Below, piece after piece: positions 30,795 through 39,355 of a stretch of 58,704 bases of DNA (positions are counted from its first letter, which is position 1; the number at the start of each line of letters is the position of its first letter). Below the pieces are notes generated by a model. That model ran no database searches and had not been told where the DNA came from. It saw only the letters and a program-made list of their open reading frames with translations. The stretch covers positions 1 to 58,704 of the forward strand of contig CAZPHL010000002.1 of assembly GCA_964586465.1 (NCBI GenBank), written 5' to 3'. The translations under genes and the position numbers were made by a program. This DNA comes from an uncultured Sangeribacter sp. Its GTDB lineage: Bacteria > Bacteroidota > Bacteroidia > Bacteroidales > Muribaculaceae.

Positions 30795-30841
30795 CAAAGA
30801 TAATATTTTGTCGGGTAAGTGACAAATATTTGTTAATTTTG
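30795..30841. promoter_or_regulatory. Overlapping divergent promoters for pfkA (minus) and the HAD gene (plus)
   Basis: Minus: TTTG (30826-30823), 20-nt spacer, TATCTTTG (30802-30795). Plus: TAATTTTG (30834-30841), 4 nt before the ATG. Confidence 0.65.
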
Positions 30842-30845
30842 CATT

Positions 30846-31484
30846 ATGAAAAATATAATATTCGACCTCGGCGGAGTGGTAATTGACCTCAACCGCCAAC
30901 GCGCAGCAAACGCCCTCGAGGCACTCGGCATTGAAGACGCGCCCGCTCTCCTCGGAGAATATGAACAGAAAGGACCGTTCCTGCTTCTTGAAAACGGTCA
31001 CTCCACCACTGCGGATTTCTTTGACAACATGTTGCCAAGATGTCGTCCCGGCACCACTTGCACGGAAATAAGGGATGCTTTCGAGCAGTTTCTGCTTGAA
31101 GTGCCTATAGAGAGGCTTCAGGCCATACGTGACCTCCGTCAGAAGGGATTCCGTCTGTTCGTGCTTTCCAACACGAATCCACTGATGTTCAACCATTGGA
31201 TCGACATGGCTTTCCGTCAGGAGGGTTTGAGCATGAACGATTATTTCGACGGTGTCGTAACCTCGTTTCAAGAAAAAATGTGTAAACCCGATTCCGAGAT
31301 ATTTCAGCATCTTGTAGACAGATACGGGCTTGATCCAAAAGAGACAGTCATGCTTGACGACTCGGCTAAAAATTGTGAGAGTGCACGCTCGATAGGTCTC
31401 AACGCCATACAGATTGATAATAACGGAGAAAATAGTATGTTGGCTGTCTGCAAACGCCTTGCGGAGGAGGGGCCCTCAAAGTGA
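30846..31484 (+). CDS. HAD-superfamily phosphatase
   Basis: IIFDLGGV, LSNTN, KPD..IF, LDDS..N. Confidence 0.9.
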   Translation: MKNIIFDLGGVVIDLNRQRAANALEALGIEDAPALLGEYEQKGPFLLLENGHSTTADFFDNMLPRCRPGTTCTEIRDAFEQFLLEVPIERLQAIRDLRQKGFRLFVLSNTNPLMFNHWIDMAFRQEGLSMNDYFDGVVTSFQEKMCKPDSEIFQHLVDRYGLDPKETVMLDDSAKNCESARSIGLNAIQIDNNGENSMLAVCKRLAEEGPSK

Positions 31485-32377
31485 AACCTACAGTTGCTGC
31501 CATAGGCACTTTCGACGGCGTGCACAGAGGTCATCTCGCAGTTATCGAAAAGTTAAAGGAAGTGGCCCGGGAAAAAGATCTTGAACCCATTGTCATAACC
31601 TTCGACAGTCATCCTTTGTCGCTGATAGCTCCTCAGCGGGCGCCACTGGCTATCACTTCCATCGAAAAGAAAGCCGAATTGCTTCGCAAAGCCGGTGTGA
31701 GGCCTATATTACTTCATTTCAATCAAGAGATGCGCGACACCACCGCTCGTGACTGGATGCGTCATCTGCATGAACAATATGGTGTGGAGGCGCTCGTAGT
31801 GGGCTATGACAATACTTTCGGATGCGACGGAGTCACGCTTTCTATTTCAGATTACAGGCATATCGGAGAGAATATCGGCATCGATGTTATTGAAGCCCCG
31901 TTTGTGGCCGACATCAGTTCTTCAGCTATCAGAAAAGCCCTTCTCAATGGCGACATAGACTCAGCCGCCTCCATGCTCGGACGTAATTACACACTCTCGG
32001 GCACCGTCGTGACCGGCAATCGCCTCGGACGCACCATAGGTTTCCCTACAGCCAATCTGCTTCCCCAGCCGGGACTGACAATTCCCGCCAACGGTGTATA
32101 TGCAGCTATGGCCCAGTTGCCCGACTCATCTCACCTTCCTGCCATAGTCAACATCGGCACACGCCCTACAATAAGACGTGGCGACCGTCGTACGATAGAG
32201 GCCCATATAATCGGTTTTGACGGTGACCTGTACGGACATCCGATTTCACTGACATTCTTCAAGCGTCTTCGTGATGAAATGAAATTCAATTCTATTGAAG
32301 CTCTACGCAATCAGATTGAAAAAGATAGAGAAAGCGCAAAACTTTTTCTATCGGATGCGACAAAAAGCAGGTTATAA
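31481..32377 (+). CDS. ribF: Bifunctional riboflavin kinase / FAD synthetase
   Basis: IGTFDGVHRGH, ISSSAIR, GRTIGFPTAN, NIGTRPT, EAHI, LRDEMKF. Confidence 0.95.
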   Translation: MKPTVAAIGTFDGVHRGHLAVIEKLKEVAREKDLEPIVITFDSHPLSLIAPQRAPLAITSIEKKAELLRKAGVRPILLHFNQEMRDTTARDWMRHLHEQYGVEALVVGYDNTFGCDGVTLSISDYRHIGENIGIDVIEAPFVADISSSAIRKALLNGDIDSAASMLGRNYTLSGTVVTGNRLGRTIGFPTANLLPQPGLTIPANGVYAAMAQLPDSSHLPAIVNIGTRPTIRRGDRRTIEAHIIGFDGDLYGHPISLTFFKRLRDEMKFNSIEALRNQIEKDRESAKLFLSDATKSRL

Positions 32378-32459
32378 TAGTTATATTTGTATAAGTTTAA
32401 CCTAAAGGTGCACAAAGGCCGGCGCGCCGGCAACAAGGCTCCCTGATTCCATCTAAACT

Positions 32460-33131
32460 ATGAACGATATTGAAATCATCAACTTCGCTACAACCCCGAG
32501 TCTCGTCAGCCGCTACATGAGAGAGCTCCGTGATGTTAACATGCAAAAGGATCCGATGCGGTTTCGCAACAATCTCAACCGTATAGGTGAGATCATGGCC
32601 TATGAAATTTCGAAACGCCTTGATTATTCACAAGAGAAAGTGCAGACACCACTCGGATATACCATGTGTCATGATATTTCCGACAAAATTGTGCTCGCCA
32701 CCATTCTACGTGCCGGTATTCCTTTCCATCACGGATTTCTTGAGTTTTTCGATACTGCCGAAAATGCATTTGTCAGTGCCTATCGCCGTTATAAGGAGAG
32801 AGGAAACCAGTTTGATGTGCTTATAGAGTATATGGCCACTCCCAGAATCGACGGCAAGACCCTCATTCTCATTGACCCGATGCTGGCCACAGGCAGCTCT
32901 ATGGAACTCGGTTACCGTGCTCTGCTCAAGAAAGGCACTCCGGCCCGTCTGCATATAGCCTCCGTGATAGCTTCACGTCAGGCCATAGAATATCTATGCG
33001 ATGTGCTTCCGGGAGGCATCACGACAATCTGGACGGCTGCCATCGACCCGGACATAAATTCACACAGCTACATCGTGCCCGGACTCGGCGATGCCGGTGA
33101 CCTCTCCTACGGTGAAAAAGACGACGAATGA
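32460..33131 (+). CDS. upp: Uracil phosphoribosyltransferase
   Basis: ILRAG, DPMLATG, YIVPGLGDAGD; TATATTTG promoter element at 32382-32389. Confidence 0.95.
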   Translation: MNDIEIINFATTPSLVSRYMRELRDVNMQKDPMRFRNNLNRIGEIMAYEISKRLDYSQEKVQTPLGYTMCHDISDKIVLATILRAGIPFHHGFLEFFDTAENAFVSAYRRYKERGNQFDVLIEYMATPRIDGKTLILIDPMLATGSSMELGYRALLKKGTPARLHIASVIASRQAIEYLCDVLPGGITTIWTAAIDPDINSHSYIVPGLGDAGDLSYGEKDDE

Positions 33132-34234
33132 TCCTAAAAAATATAGACATACTCAATTTCAAGAATATTGCGTCTGCTACCATTGATTTCTCTCCGGGAG
33201 TAAACTGTCTGCTGGGAATGAACGGAATGGGTAAAAGCAACCTGCTTGAGGCCATTCACTTTCTCAGTATGGCGCGTCCTATGACCGCACTTCCTGACAA
33301 TGCCCTCGTGCGCCATGGAGAGGAAATGCTATTGGTAAAAGGCGACTTCCTTACCGACAGCGCATTGACCGACTCCATAACCTGCGGTTTCACCAAGGGC
33401 AAAGCCAAGAGTCTCAAGCGTAACGGTAAGGAATATCAACGTATAAGCGAGCATATCGGCCGCTATCCGATTGTGACAGTGACGCCCGGTGATTCACAAA
33501 TTATCCGCGGACCCGGTGAAGAACGCCGCAAACTGATGGATACGGTCATATCGCAGGCTCATCCTGAATATCTGGCCAACCTCATACGTTACACCAAATC
33601 ACTCGAGAGCCGCAACAAGATGTTGCGCGCCGGTGTGAACGACCCTTTACTTTTCGAAAGTATAGAGACGGGAATGGAGGAGGCCGCAGCAGTTATATAT
33701 AATTGCCGTAAGGAATGGGTGGAGCTTCTCGCCCCGAAAGTGGAGGAATGTTACTCCCGTCTTTCCGGACAAAAAGAGAACACCGGCTTATCCTACTCAA
33801 GTCAACTTGAAGGCCACACTCTGCGTGAACTCTTTGACGAACGTCGCGCGAAAGATATGGTGCTTGGCCACACGTCTGCCGGCATCCATAGGGATGAACT
33901 TGAGACCAGTCTTGAAGGCTACAGTCTTCGGCGTCTCGGGAGTCAGGGCCAGGTGAAGACTTTCACCATAGCGTTGCGTCTGGCAATATTCGACTATCTG
34001 AAAGAAGCCGGGGGCACCACTCCCCTACTTTTGCTTGACGATATTTTCGACAAACTTGATGCGTCGCGTGTGGAAAACATAATGCATGAGGTGACCTCTT
34101 CCGATACATTCGGACAGATATTCATAACCGACACCAACCGGAAGCATCTGGATGACATTCTGGCGGGGATGGAGGGACCGAGAAGTCTCATGAATGTATC
34201 CGACGGCCATTTTACACCTCTAAACTGGCAATGA
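33128..34234 (+). CDS. recF: DNA replication/repair protein RecF
   Basis: NFKN, GMNGMGKSNLLEA, GIHRD, GSQGQ, LLLDDIFDKLD. Confidence 0.95.
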   Translation: MILKNIDILNFKNIASATIDFSPGVNCLLGMNGMGKSNLLEAIHFLSMARPMTALPDNALVRHGEEMLLVKGDFLTDSALTDSITCGFTKGKAKSLKRNGKEYQRISEHIGRYPIVTVTPGDSQIIRGPGEERRKLMDTVISQAHPEYLANLIRYTKSLESRNKMLRAGVNDPLLFESIETGMEEAAAVIYNCRKEWVELLAPKVEECYSRLSGQKENTGLSYSSQLEGHTLRELFDERRAKDMVLGHTSAGIHRDELETSLEGYSLRRLGSQGQVKTFTIALRLAIFDYLKEAGGTTPLLLLDDIFDKLDASRVENIMHEVTSSDTFGQIFITDTNRKHLDDILAGMEGPRSLMNVSDGHFTPLNWQ

Positions 34235-34235
34235 C

Positions 34236-34541
34236 ATGGAAAGAAAAGAATCGCAAAGCATCGGTGAAGTGTTGCGTCTTGCATTTCAAGACAACTGTAT
34301 GCAAGACCGTCTTGATGAACGCAAGGCAATTGATGCATGGGCTGTCATCGTGGGTCCGGAACTTGCCGCGCAGTGTATGCGTCCCACAGTGAGAGACGCC
34401 CTTATGTCGGTCGGGGTGCGCAACGCTTCTTTACGCCATGAACTTACGATGAACCGTTCGCAACTGTGCCGTGCGATAAATGCGACTCTGGGTCGTGATA
34501 TAATTGATGACATACGCTTCACAGCGCCTAAACAATATTGA
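34236..34541 (+). CDS. DUF721 / DciA-family protein
   Basis: Directly after recF; W..IVG...A...LRHEL pattern; 101 aa. Confidence 0.8.
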   Translation: MERKESQSIGEVLRLAFQDNCMQDRLDERKAIDAWAVIVGPELAAQCMRPTVRDALMSVGVRNASLRHELTMNRSQLCRAINATLGRDIIDDIRFTAPKQY

Positions 34542-34546
34542 AAAAT

Positions 34547-35002
34547 ATGGATCCTAAGAACTTACCCGATATATCTCTTTTCCGTTGTGCCACCCCCGTA
34601 CAGATACGGTTCAATGATGTTGATGTGCTCGGCCATGTCAACAACACTGTCTACTTCACCTTTTATGACACGGGAAAAGCTTACTATTTTGAAGCCGTAC
34701 AAGGCAAGAAAGTAGAATGGAAACATGTGGATACTGTCATAGCTAATGTAAACTGCGCATATATAGCTCCCATTTATTTCGGAGAAGAAATCGAGGTTCT
34801 CACCACCTGCCTGTCGGTGCACGAAAAAAGCTTCAAGCTTCTTCAGGCAATAAGAGAAAAGAATACCGGCGAATTCAAATCAATCTGTGAAACCGTCATG
34901 GTGAGTTTTGATCCGGCTACGAGCCATTCCCGACCACTGCCCGAACATTGGAAACAACTGCTCAATGAATTTGAAGGGCGAGAACTTAAAATTGAAAAAT
35001 AA
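34547..35002 (+). CDS. Acyl-CoA thioesterase (4HBT / YbgC-like)
   Basis: IRFNDVDVLGHVNNTVY hotdog motif; ATG at 34547 preferred over TTG at 34538. Confidence 0.88.
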   Translation: MDPKNLPDISLFRCATPVQIRFNDVDVLGHVNNTVYFTFYDTGKAYYFEAVQGKKVEWKHVDTVIANVNCAYIAPIYFGEEIEVLTTCLSVHEKSFKLLQAIREKNTGEFKSICETVMVSFDPATSHSRPLPEHWKQLLNEFEGRELKIEK

Positions 35003-35023
35003 AAATAATTACAATATATCATA

Positions 35024-35983
35024 ATGACACCCATTGAAATACCCTTGATGACAGAAATATTCGATAAGGAGTCGCAAGAATTCGCAATCCTTAACGAAGC
35101 ACTTGTCTGCCGTAAAGCCGCCACCGAACTCCTTGCAGAAGAGAGATATCTGGATGCTATGGAACGCACCGTGGCCGCCCTGATGGCAATGCGTAATTTT
35201 CCTGATTTCGACAATATCGAATTCCGCACGCTTTTAGTGGCCCTGCTGTTTGACCTCTCAGAGATTCATTTCGCCCTCAAAAATTATAAACAGAGCGAAA
35301 AGGAACTTGAAGTGCTCTTCAAAGTGCTCGATAATCTGGTGAAATATGATGAGAACCGGTTCGGGAAGTACCATATCCTTGCTATGGAACTTTCCACCCG
35401 CATACTGCGGTCGCGCAAGAAAGCTCTTGACCTCCTCGTGAAACAACAGATCAACGCCGGCGCCTTATATGAGAAAGTTAATTCCGGAGTTGTAGCCGCC
35501 ACTGACAAGCTCGTAGATTCACTGCGTAATGTCGGGCAGCTCCTAGCTTCTACCGGCGATCTGAAAGCCGCTCTCAAATTCTATGCGGAGGCTATAAAAT
35601 ATTCAAAGAAACGCACCGGCCGTGTCACCCGGAAAGAGGTGAAGATGACCCTTGAGATGGCTGAGATCATGATGCGTCTGCGCACTATGCGTCCACGTGC
35701 TCTTCGTCTCCTGAACGCTGTGCTGCCTCATGCCGAAGCTCTTGAGACAATCGAGCTCGAACGAGATATCCTTGCTTTGATAGAGGTAATAAATACAGAA
35801 CAGCAGAACGAATCGGCATGGAAAAACTTCTTCCGCAAGATCTCACTCGCAGCGAAATCAAAATTTAACAAGAAACCGGCGGGTGCTCCTGAATCTAACG
35901 AGCAGTCAGCCTCCGAACAATCCGCCTCAACCGAACAAACGGAGACTCCGGAAGCAGAGGGAAAAGAAGATAACAAATCATGA
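35024..35983 (+). CDS. TPR-like alpha-helical protein with acidic tail
   Basis: Helical repeats (VGQLLASTGDLKAALKFYAEAI); low-complexity E/S/Q tail; stop overlaps the ribH start. Confidence 0.65.
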   Translation: MTPIEIPLMTEIFDKESQEFAILNEALVCRKAATELLAEERYLDAMERTVAALMAMRNFPDFDNIEFRTLLVALLFDLSEIHFALKNYKQSEKELEVLFKVLDNLVKYDENRFGKYHILAMELSTRILRSRKKALDLLVKQQINAGALYEKVNSGVVAATDKLVDSLRNVGQLLASTGDLKAALKFYAEAIKYSKKRTGRVTRKEVKMTLEMAEIMMRLRTMRPRALRLLNAVLPHAEALETIELERDILALIEVINTEQQNESAWKNFFRKISLAAKSKFNKKPAGAPESNEQSASEQSASTEQTETPEAEGKEDNKS

Positions 35984-36486
35984 GTACAATTTTAAATACC
36001 AACGGAACCGAACTCCATATTCCGGCACTCGACAGCCGGGCTACCGGCAATTTCTATGTCATTACAGCCGACTGGAATCATAGAATCACACACGCGCTGC
36101 GTGACGGTGCCATTGATGTGCTGCGTAAAGCGGGTGTGGCGGAAAACCGCATAAAATCACTTTCAGTGCCCGGCACAGTGGAGCTTGTCAATGCAGCGGC
36201 AGTGGCTATGAAAGCGGGTAAAATCACCGGTCACACCACGGAAGCCGTCATTGCCATAGGATGCGTGATACGTGGTGATACTCCACATTTCGACTATGTA
36301 TGCCAGATTGCGGCGCAAGGTGTCGCCAATCTCAATGCCAAGGGAGATTGCCCCGTATTGTTCGGAGTGCTTACCGTAGATAGCGAACAGCAGGCGCTCG
36401 ACCGTGCGGGAGGATGTCTCGGCAATAAAGGAGCCGAGGCAGCTGTAGCAGCTATCGAGATGGTGAATTTCCCCTACTCGCTTTAA
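35980..36486 (+). CDS. ribH: 6,7-dimethyl-8-ribityllumazine synthase
   Basis: WN..IT, VPGTVEL, GCVIRGDTPHFDYVC, FGVLT, NKGAEAA. Confidence 0.95.
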   Translation: MSTILNTNGTELHIPALDSRATGNFYVITADWNHRITHALRDGAIDVLRKAGVAENRIKSLSVPGTVELVNAAAVAMKAGKITGHTTEAVIAIGCVIRGDTPHFDYVCQIAAQGVANLNAKGDCPVLFGVLTVDSEQQALDRAGGCLGNKGAEAAVAAIEMVNFPYSL

Positions 36487-36508
36487 TCCATTTTGACCAA
36501 GCCAACCT

Positions 36509-36553
36509 TAAAAAAACCTGAATCTCATCAGTGTGAGATTTAGGTTTTTTTTA
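36509..36553. terminator. Intrinsic terminator after ribH
   Basis: AAAAAAACCTGAATCTCA-TCAGTG-TGAGATTTAGGTTTTTTT. Confidence 0.85.
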
Positions 36554-36914
36554 CTTTTTTACACTAATATTCACGCTATAAGCTGCGTTTCTATATCGAA
36601 ACGAGACAAAAAAGAATATTCAATCCTATTCTATTCTTTACATAACTTTACTACATAACAAATTTAATTTATCAGTTCCGTATGTTCTATCAGTCGCCTT
36701 CTGCCGGCTCACCGGCCAGTGAGATTATCCATAATGATACATATAATTTGAGTTGCAATGACCGCATATTCAGCACAGAGCTTTGTAACTCGAAAATTAC
36801 CGAAAACTTTTTTTCATGACTTAGATATGTTTTAGGGCCTTAAAACTATGCCTGTCAAAAAGAAAAACATAATTGTCTAAATTTTGGGTTATATACATTA
36901 GTAATTTCTATCGT

Positions 36915-36982
36915 CTGTCTTTGATAACGGAAGCCGTCGGTTCCGGGCCTCTGAGGTCCGTATGCCACGGAATCAAAGGCAG
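36915..36982 (+). ncRNA. Candidate structured RNA, family not recognised
   Basis: 11-bp closing stem CTGTCTTTGAT/ATCAAAGGCAG; inner stems CCGT/ACGG, GGT/GCC and CGGGCCT/AGGTCCG. G-U pairs favour the plus strand. GC-rich island in an AT-rich spacer, followed directly by a terminator. Confidence 0.55.
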
Positions 36983-36985
36983 CTC

Positions 36986-37026
36986 AAGAACCGTTCACCG
37001 TGAGGTGCGCGGTTCTTTTTGTTTTT
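36986..37026 (+). terminator. Intrinsic terminator after the candidate RNA
   Basis: AAGAACCGT.CACC-GTGA-GGTG.GCGGTTCTT followed by TTTGTTTTT. Confidence 0.8.
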
Positions 37027-37048
37027 ATACCATTTTTTATTAATTTTG
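37018..37048 (+). promoter_or_regulatory. Primary-sigma promoter for the RelA/SpoT homolog
   Basis: TTTG (37018-37021), 19-nt spacer, TAATTTTG (37041-37048). Confidence 0.65.
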
Positions 37049-37112
37049 TGTTCGTTATCCTCTTTCAACAACTCGACGCCACGGCGCCACGCTTGAACAT
37101 CATCTTTCGCCT

Positions 37113-39332
37113 ATGACCCCTTACCCAAATTACTCCCCGCAGGAGGAAGACCAGATGGTGGAAAGTGCCTATCAGGAGGTGCTCAAAGCTTATCTGGCAA
37201 GCAACCATCGTAAAAAGGTCGAGATTATCGAAAAAGCCTTCCGGTTTGCAAAGGAGGCGCATAAGGGTGTGCGCCGACGCAGCGGCGAGCCTTATATTCT
37301 CCACCCCATAGCGGTGGCCAAAATCGTCATTTCGGAGCTGGGACTCGGCTCTACCTCCATCTGCGCCGCTTTCCTTCACGATGTAATCGAAGACACCGAA
37401 TTCACTCGTGAAGATATCGAGGCCTCTTTCGGGACAAAGATAGCCGATATTGTTGACGGACTTACAAAAATCTCCGGCGGCAGATTCGGAGCAAAGTCAT
37501 CTCTGCAGGCAGAGAACTTCCGTAAGCTCTTGCTTTCCATGTCGACCGATATAAGAGTGGTGCTTATAAAAATGGCCGACCGCCTGCATAATATGCGCAC
37601 TCTCGGCTCCATGCGCCCGGAAAAGCAACTCAAAATTGCCGGCGAGACTTTATATGTCTACGCTCCACTCGCTCATCGTCTCGGTCTTTTTAAAATTAAG
37701 CAAGAACTTGAAGATCTCTCTTTCAAATATGAGCATCCTCAAAAATATCAATGGATTCAGGAACGGCTGTCGGAAACATCAGAGTCGAGGGAACGTATAG
37801 TAGAGGAATTTGTAAAGCCGGTCAGAGCGAAACTTGATGCCGCAGGGTTTAAATATGAGATAAAAGCCCGGGTCAAAAGTGCCTACTCCATCTATAATAA
37901 GATGGAAAACAAGAAAGTACCTTTTGAGGAGGTGTATGATCTCTATGCCGTGCGTGTCATTTTTGAAAATGACGATGACTCCCAGGAAAAAATAAGATGC
38001 TGGCAAATATACACTTTCTTTACTGACGGTCATAAAATTCATCCTGACCGTCTGCGAGACTGGACGAGCATTCCTAAGGCCAACGGTTACAGAGCCCTGC
38101 ATCTCACGGCCATGGGGCCGGAAGGGAAATGGATCGAGGTACAGATACGTTCACGGAAAATGGACGAAATCGCCGAACTCGGTTATGCAGCACATTGGAA
38201 ATACAAAACAGGTGTGCATGAAGATGAGACTGAACTTGACACATGGATCAATACCATCAAGGATATACTCGCCAATCCCGAGCCGAATGCAATCGACTTT
38301 CTTGACACTATCAAGCTGAACCTATTCTCGACAGAGATTTACGTATTTACCCCCAAAGGTGATCTAAAGACCCTTCCTGCCGGAGCCACTGTGCTGGATC
38401 TTGCATTCGCCATTCACTCCGAACTCGGAATGCACTGTATGGCCGGAAAAATCAATCACCGTCTTGTGCCTCTCTCTCACAAACTTGAAAGCGGCGACCA
38501 GGTGGAAATCATCACATCTAACGCCCAGCAGCCCAAACCGGAATGGCTGAAGTCATGCCATACTGCCAAAGCGCAGAACAGGATCAGAGCTTTCCTGCGT
38601 AAAGACAAGAAATTCCTGAGTGCGAAAGGCGAAACTATCTTCAACGAGCTTCTGGAGAAGATGGGACTGCAGCCCACGAATGAGATAATCACCAAGATAG
38701 TGGCGAATTATCACCTTAAAAACCGTGAGGAGCTTTTCACGATGATAGGCAGCGACTCCATCAACCTTTCACCCAAAGAGATGGCCTCGCTTATGAACGA
38801 GCGTAAATCTTTCTTCAGCAAAATTCTCCGCAATCCTTTCTCTTCCAAGAAAAAAAACGGAGAGAAAAAAGAGCCGGTCAACCGTAAGCAAGTATACGTG
38901 TTGCTCCCCGATGATAAAAATCCCAATTATAAATTAGAATCCTGTTGTGCACCTATTCCGGGTGATGAAGTATTAGGTTTTGTTGATGATGACGAGAATG
39001 TGGTGGTCCACAAGGTGAGTTGCCCTAATGCCATGAGGCTGAAAAGTGCTTTCGGACCGAGGTTGGTCGCCACGAAATGGGGAGGCCGAGCCGAACGTTT
39101 CTTAGCCACGATATCTGTAGACGGTCTTGACCGTCACGGTATATTGGAAGAAATCACCAACACCCTCTCCCAAAAGTTAGCAGTCAACATACGAGGTCTG
39201 AATATCGCAGCTAAACAGGAAGTGTTTCACTGTGAGATAGTGGTACAGATCGACAGTGTCGACACCGTCACTGCAATATGTGACGCCCTCAAGAAAATCA
39301 AAGATGTGAAATTTGCACAACGCACCTCTTAA
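37113..39332 (+). CDS. relA: Long RelA/SpoT homolog, bifunctional (p)ppGpp synthetase/hydrolase
   Basis: HD domain RRSGEPYILHP...LHDVIED; synthetase PKANGYRALH, EVQIRS, AAHWKYK; TGS VFTPKG; CCAPIPGD; C-terminal ACT. Confidence 0.95.
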   Translation: MTPYPNYSPQEEDQMVESAYQEVLKAYLASNHRKKVEIIEKAFRFAKEAHKGVRRRSGEPYILHPIAVAKIVISELGLGSTSICAAFLHDVIEDTEFTREDIEASFGTKIADIVDGLTKISGGRFGAKSSLQAENFRKLLLSMSTDIRVVLIKMADRLHNMRTLGSMRPEKQLKIAGETLYVYAPLAHRLGLFKIKQELEDLSFKYEHPQKYQWIQERLSETSESRERIVEEFVKPVRAKLDAAGFKYEIKARVKSAYSIYNKMENKKVPFEEVYDLYAVRVIFENDDDSQEKIRCWQIYTFFTDGHKIHPDRLRDWTSIPKANGYRALHLTAMGPEGKWIEVQIRSRKMDEIAELGYAAHWKYKTGVHEDETELDTWINTIKDILANPEPNAIDFLDTIKLNLFSTEIYVFTPKGDLKTLPAGATVLDLAFAIHSELGMHCMAGKINHRLVPLSHKLESGDQVEIITSNAQQPKPEWLKSCHTAKAQNRIRAFLRKDKKFLSAKGETIFNELLEKMGLQPTNEIITKIVANYHLKNREELFTMIGSDSINLSPKEMASLMNERKSFFSKILRNPFSSKKKNGEKKEPVNRKQVYVLLPDDKNPNYKLESCCAPIPGDEVLGFVDDDENVVVHKVSCPNAMRLKSAFGPRLVATKWGGRAERFLATISVDGLDRHGILEEITNTLSQKLAVNIRGLNIAAKQEVFHCEIVVQIDSVDTVTAICDALKKIKDVKFAQRTS

Positions 39333-39355
39333 TTAAAGATAAAGCTTCGTGAATC

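Noticed and set aside
36682-36880. Small ORFs in the ribH-relA spacer (plus 45 aa from 36682; minus 25 aa from 36767; minus 12 aa from 36870)
   Set aside because: Short, mutually overlapping and without recognisable motifs; expected by chance.
36930-36962. Resemblance of GGTTCCG...GGTCCG to ykkC/ppGpp riboswitches upstream of relA
   Set aside because: The conserved 3' half of the ykkC motif is absent, so the family is not assigned; kept only as an unknown RNA.
36986-37016. Similarity of the hairpin to group II intron domain V
   Set aside because: No other intron domains or reverse transcriptase, and the T-tract fits a plain terminator.
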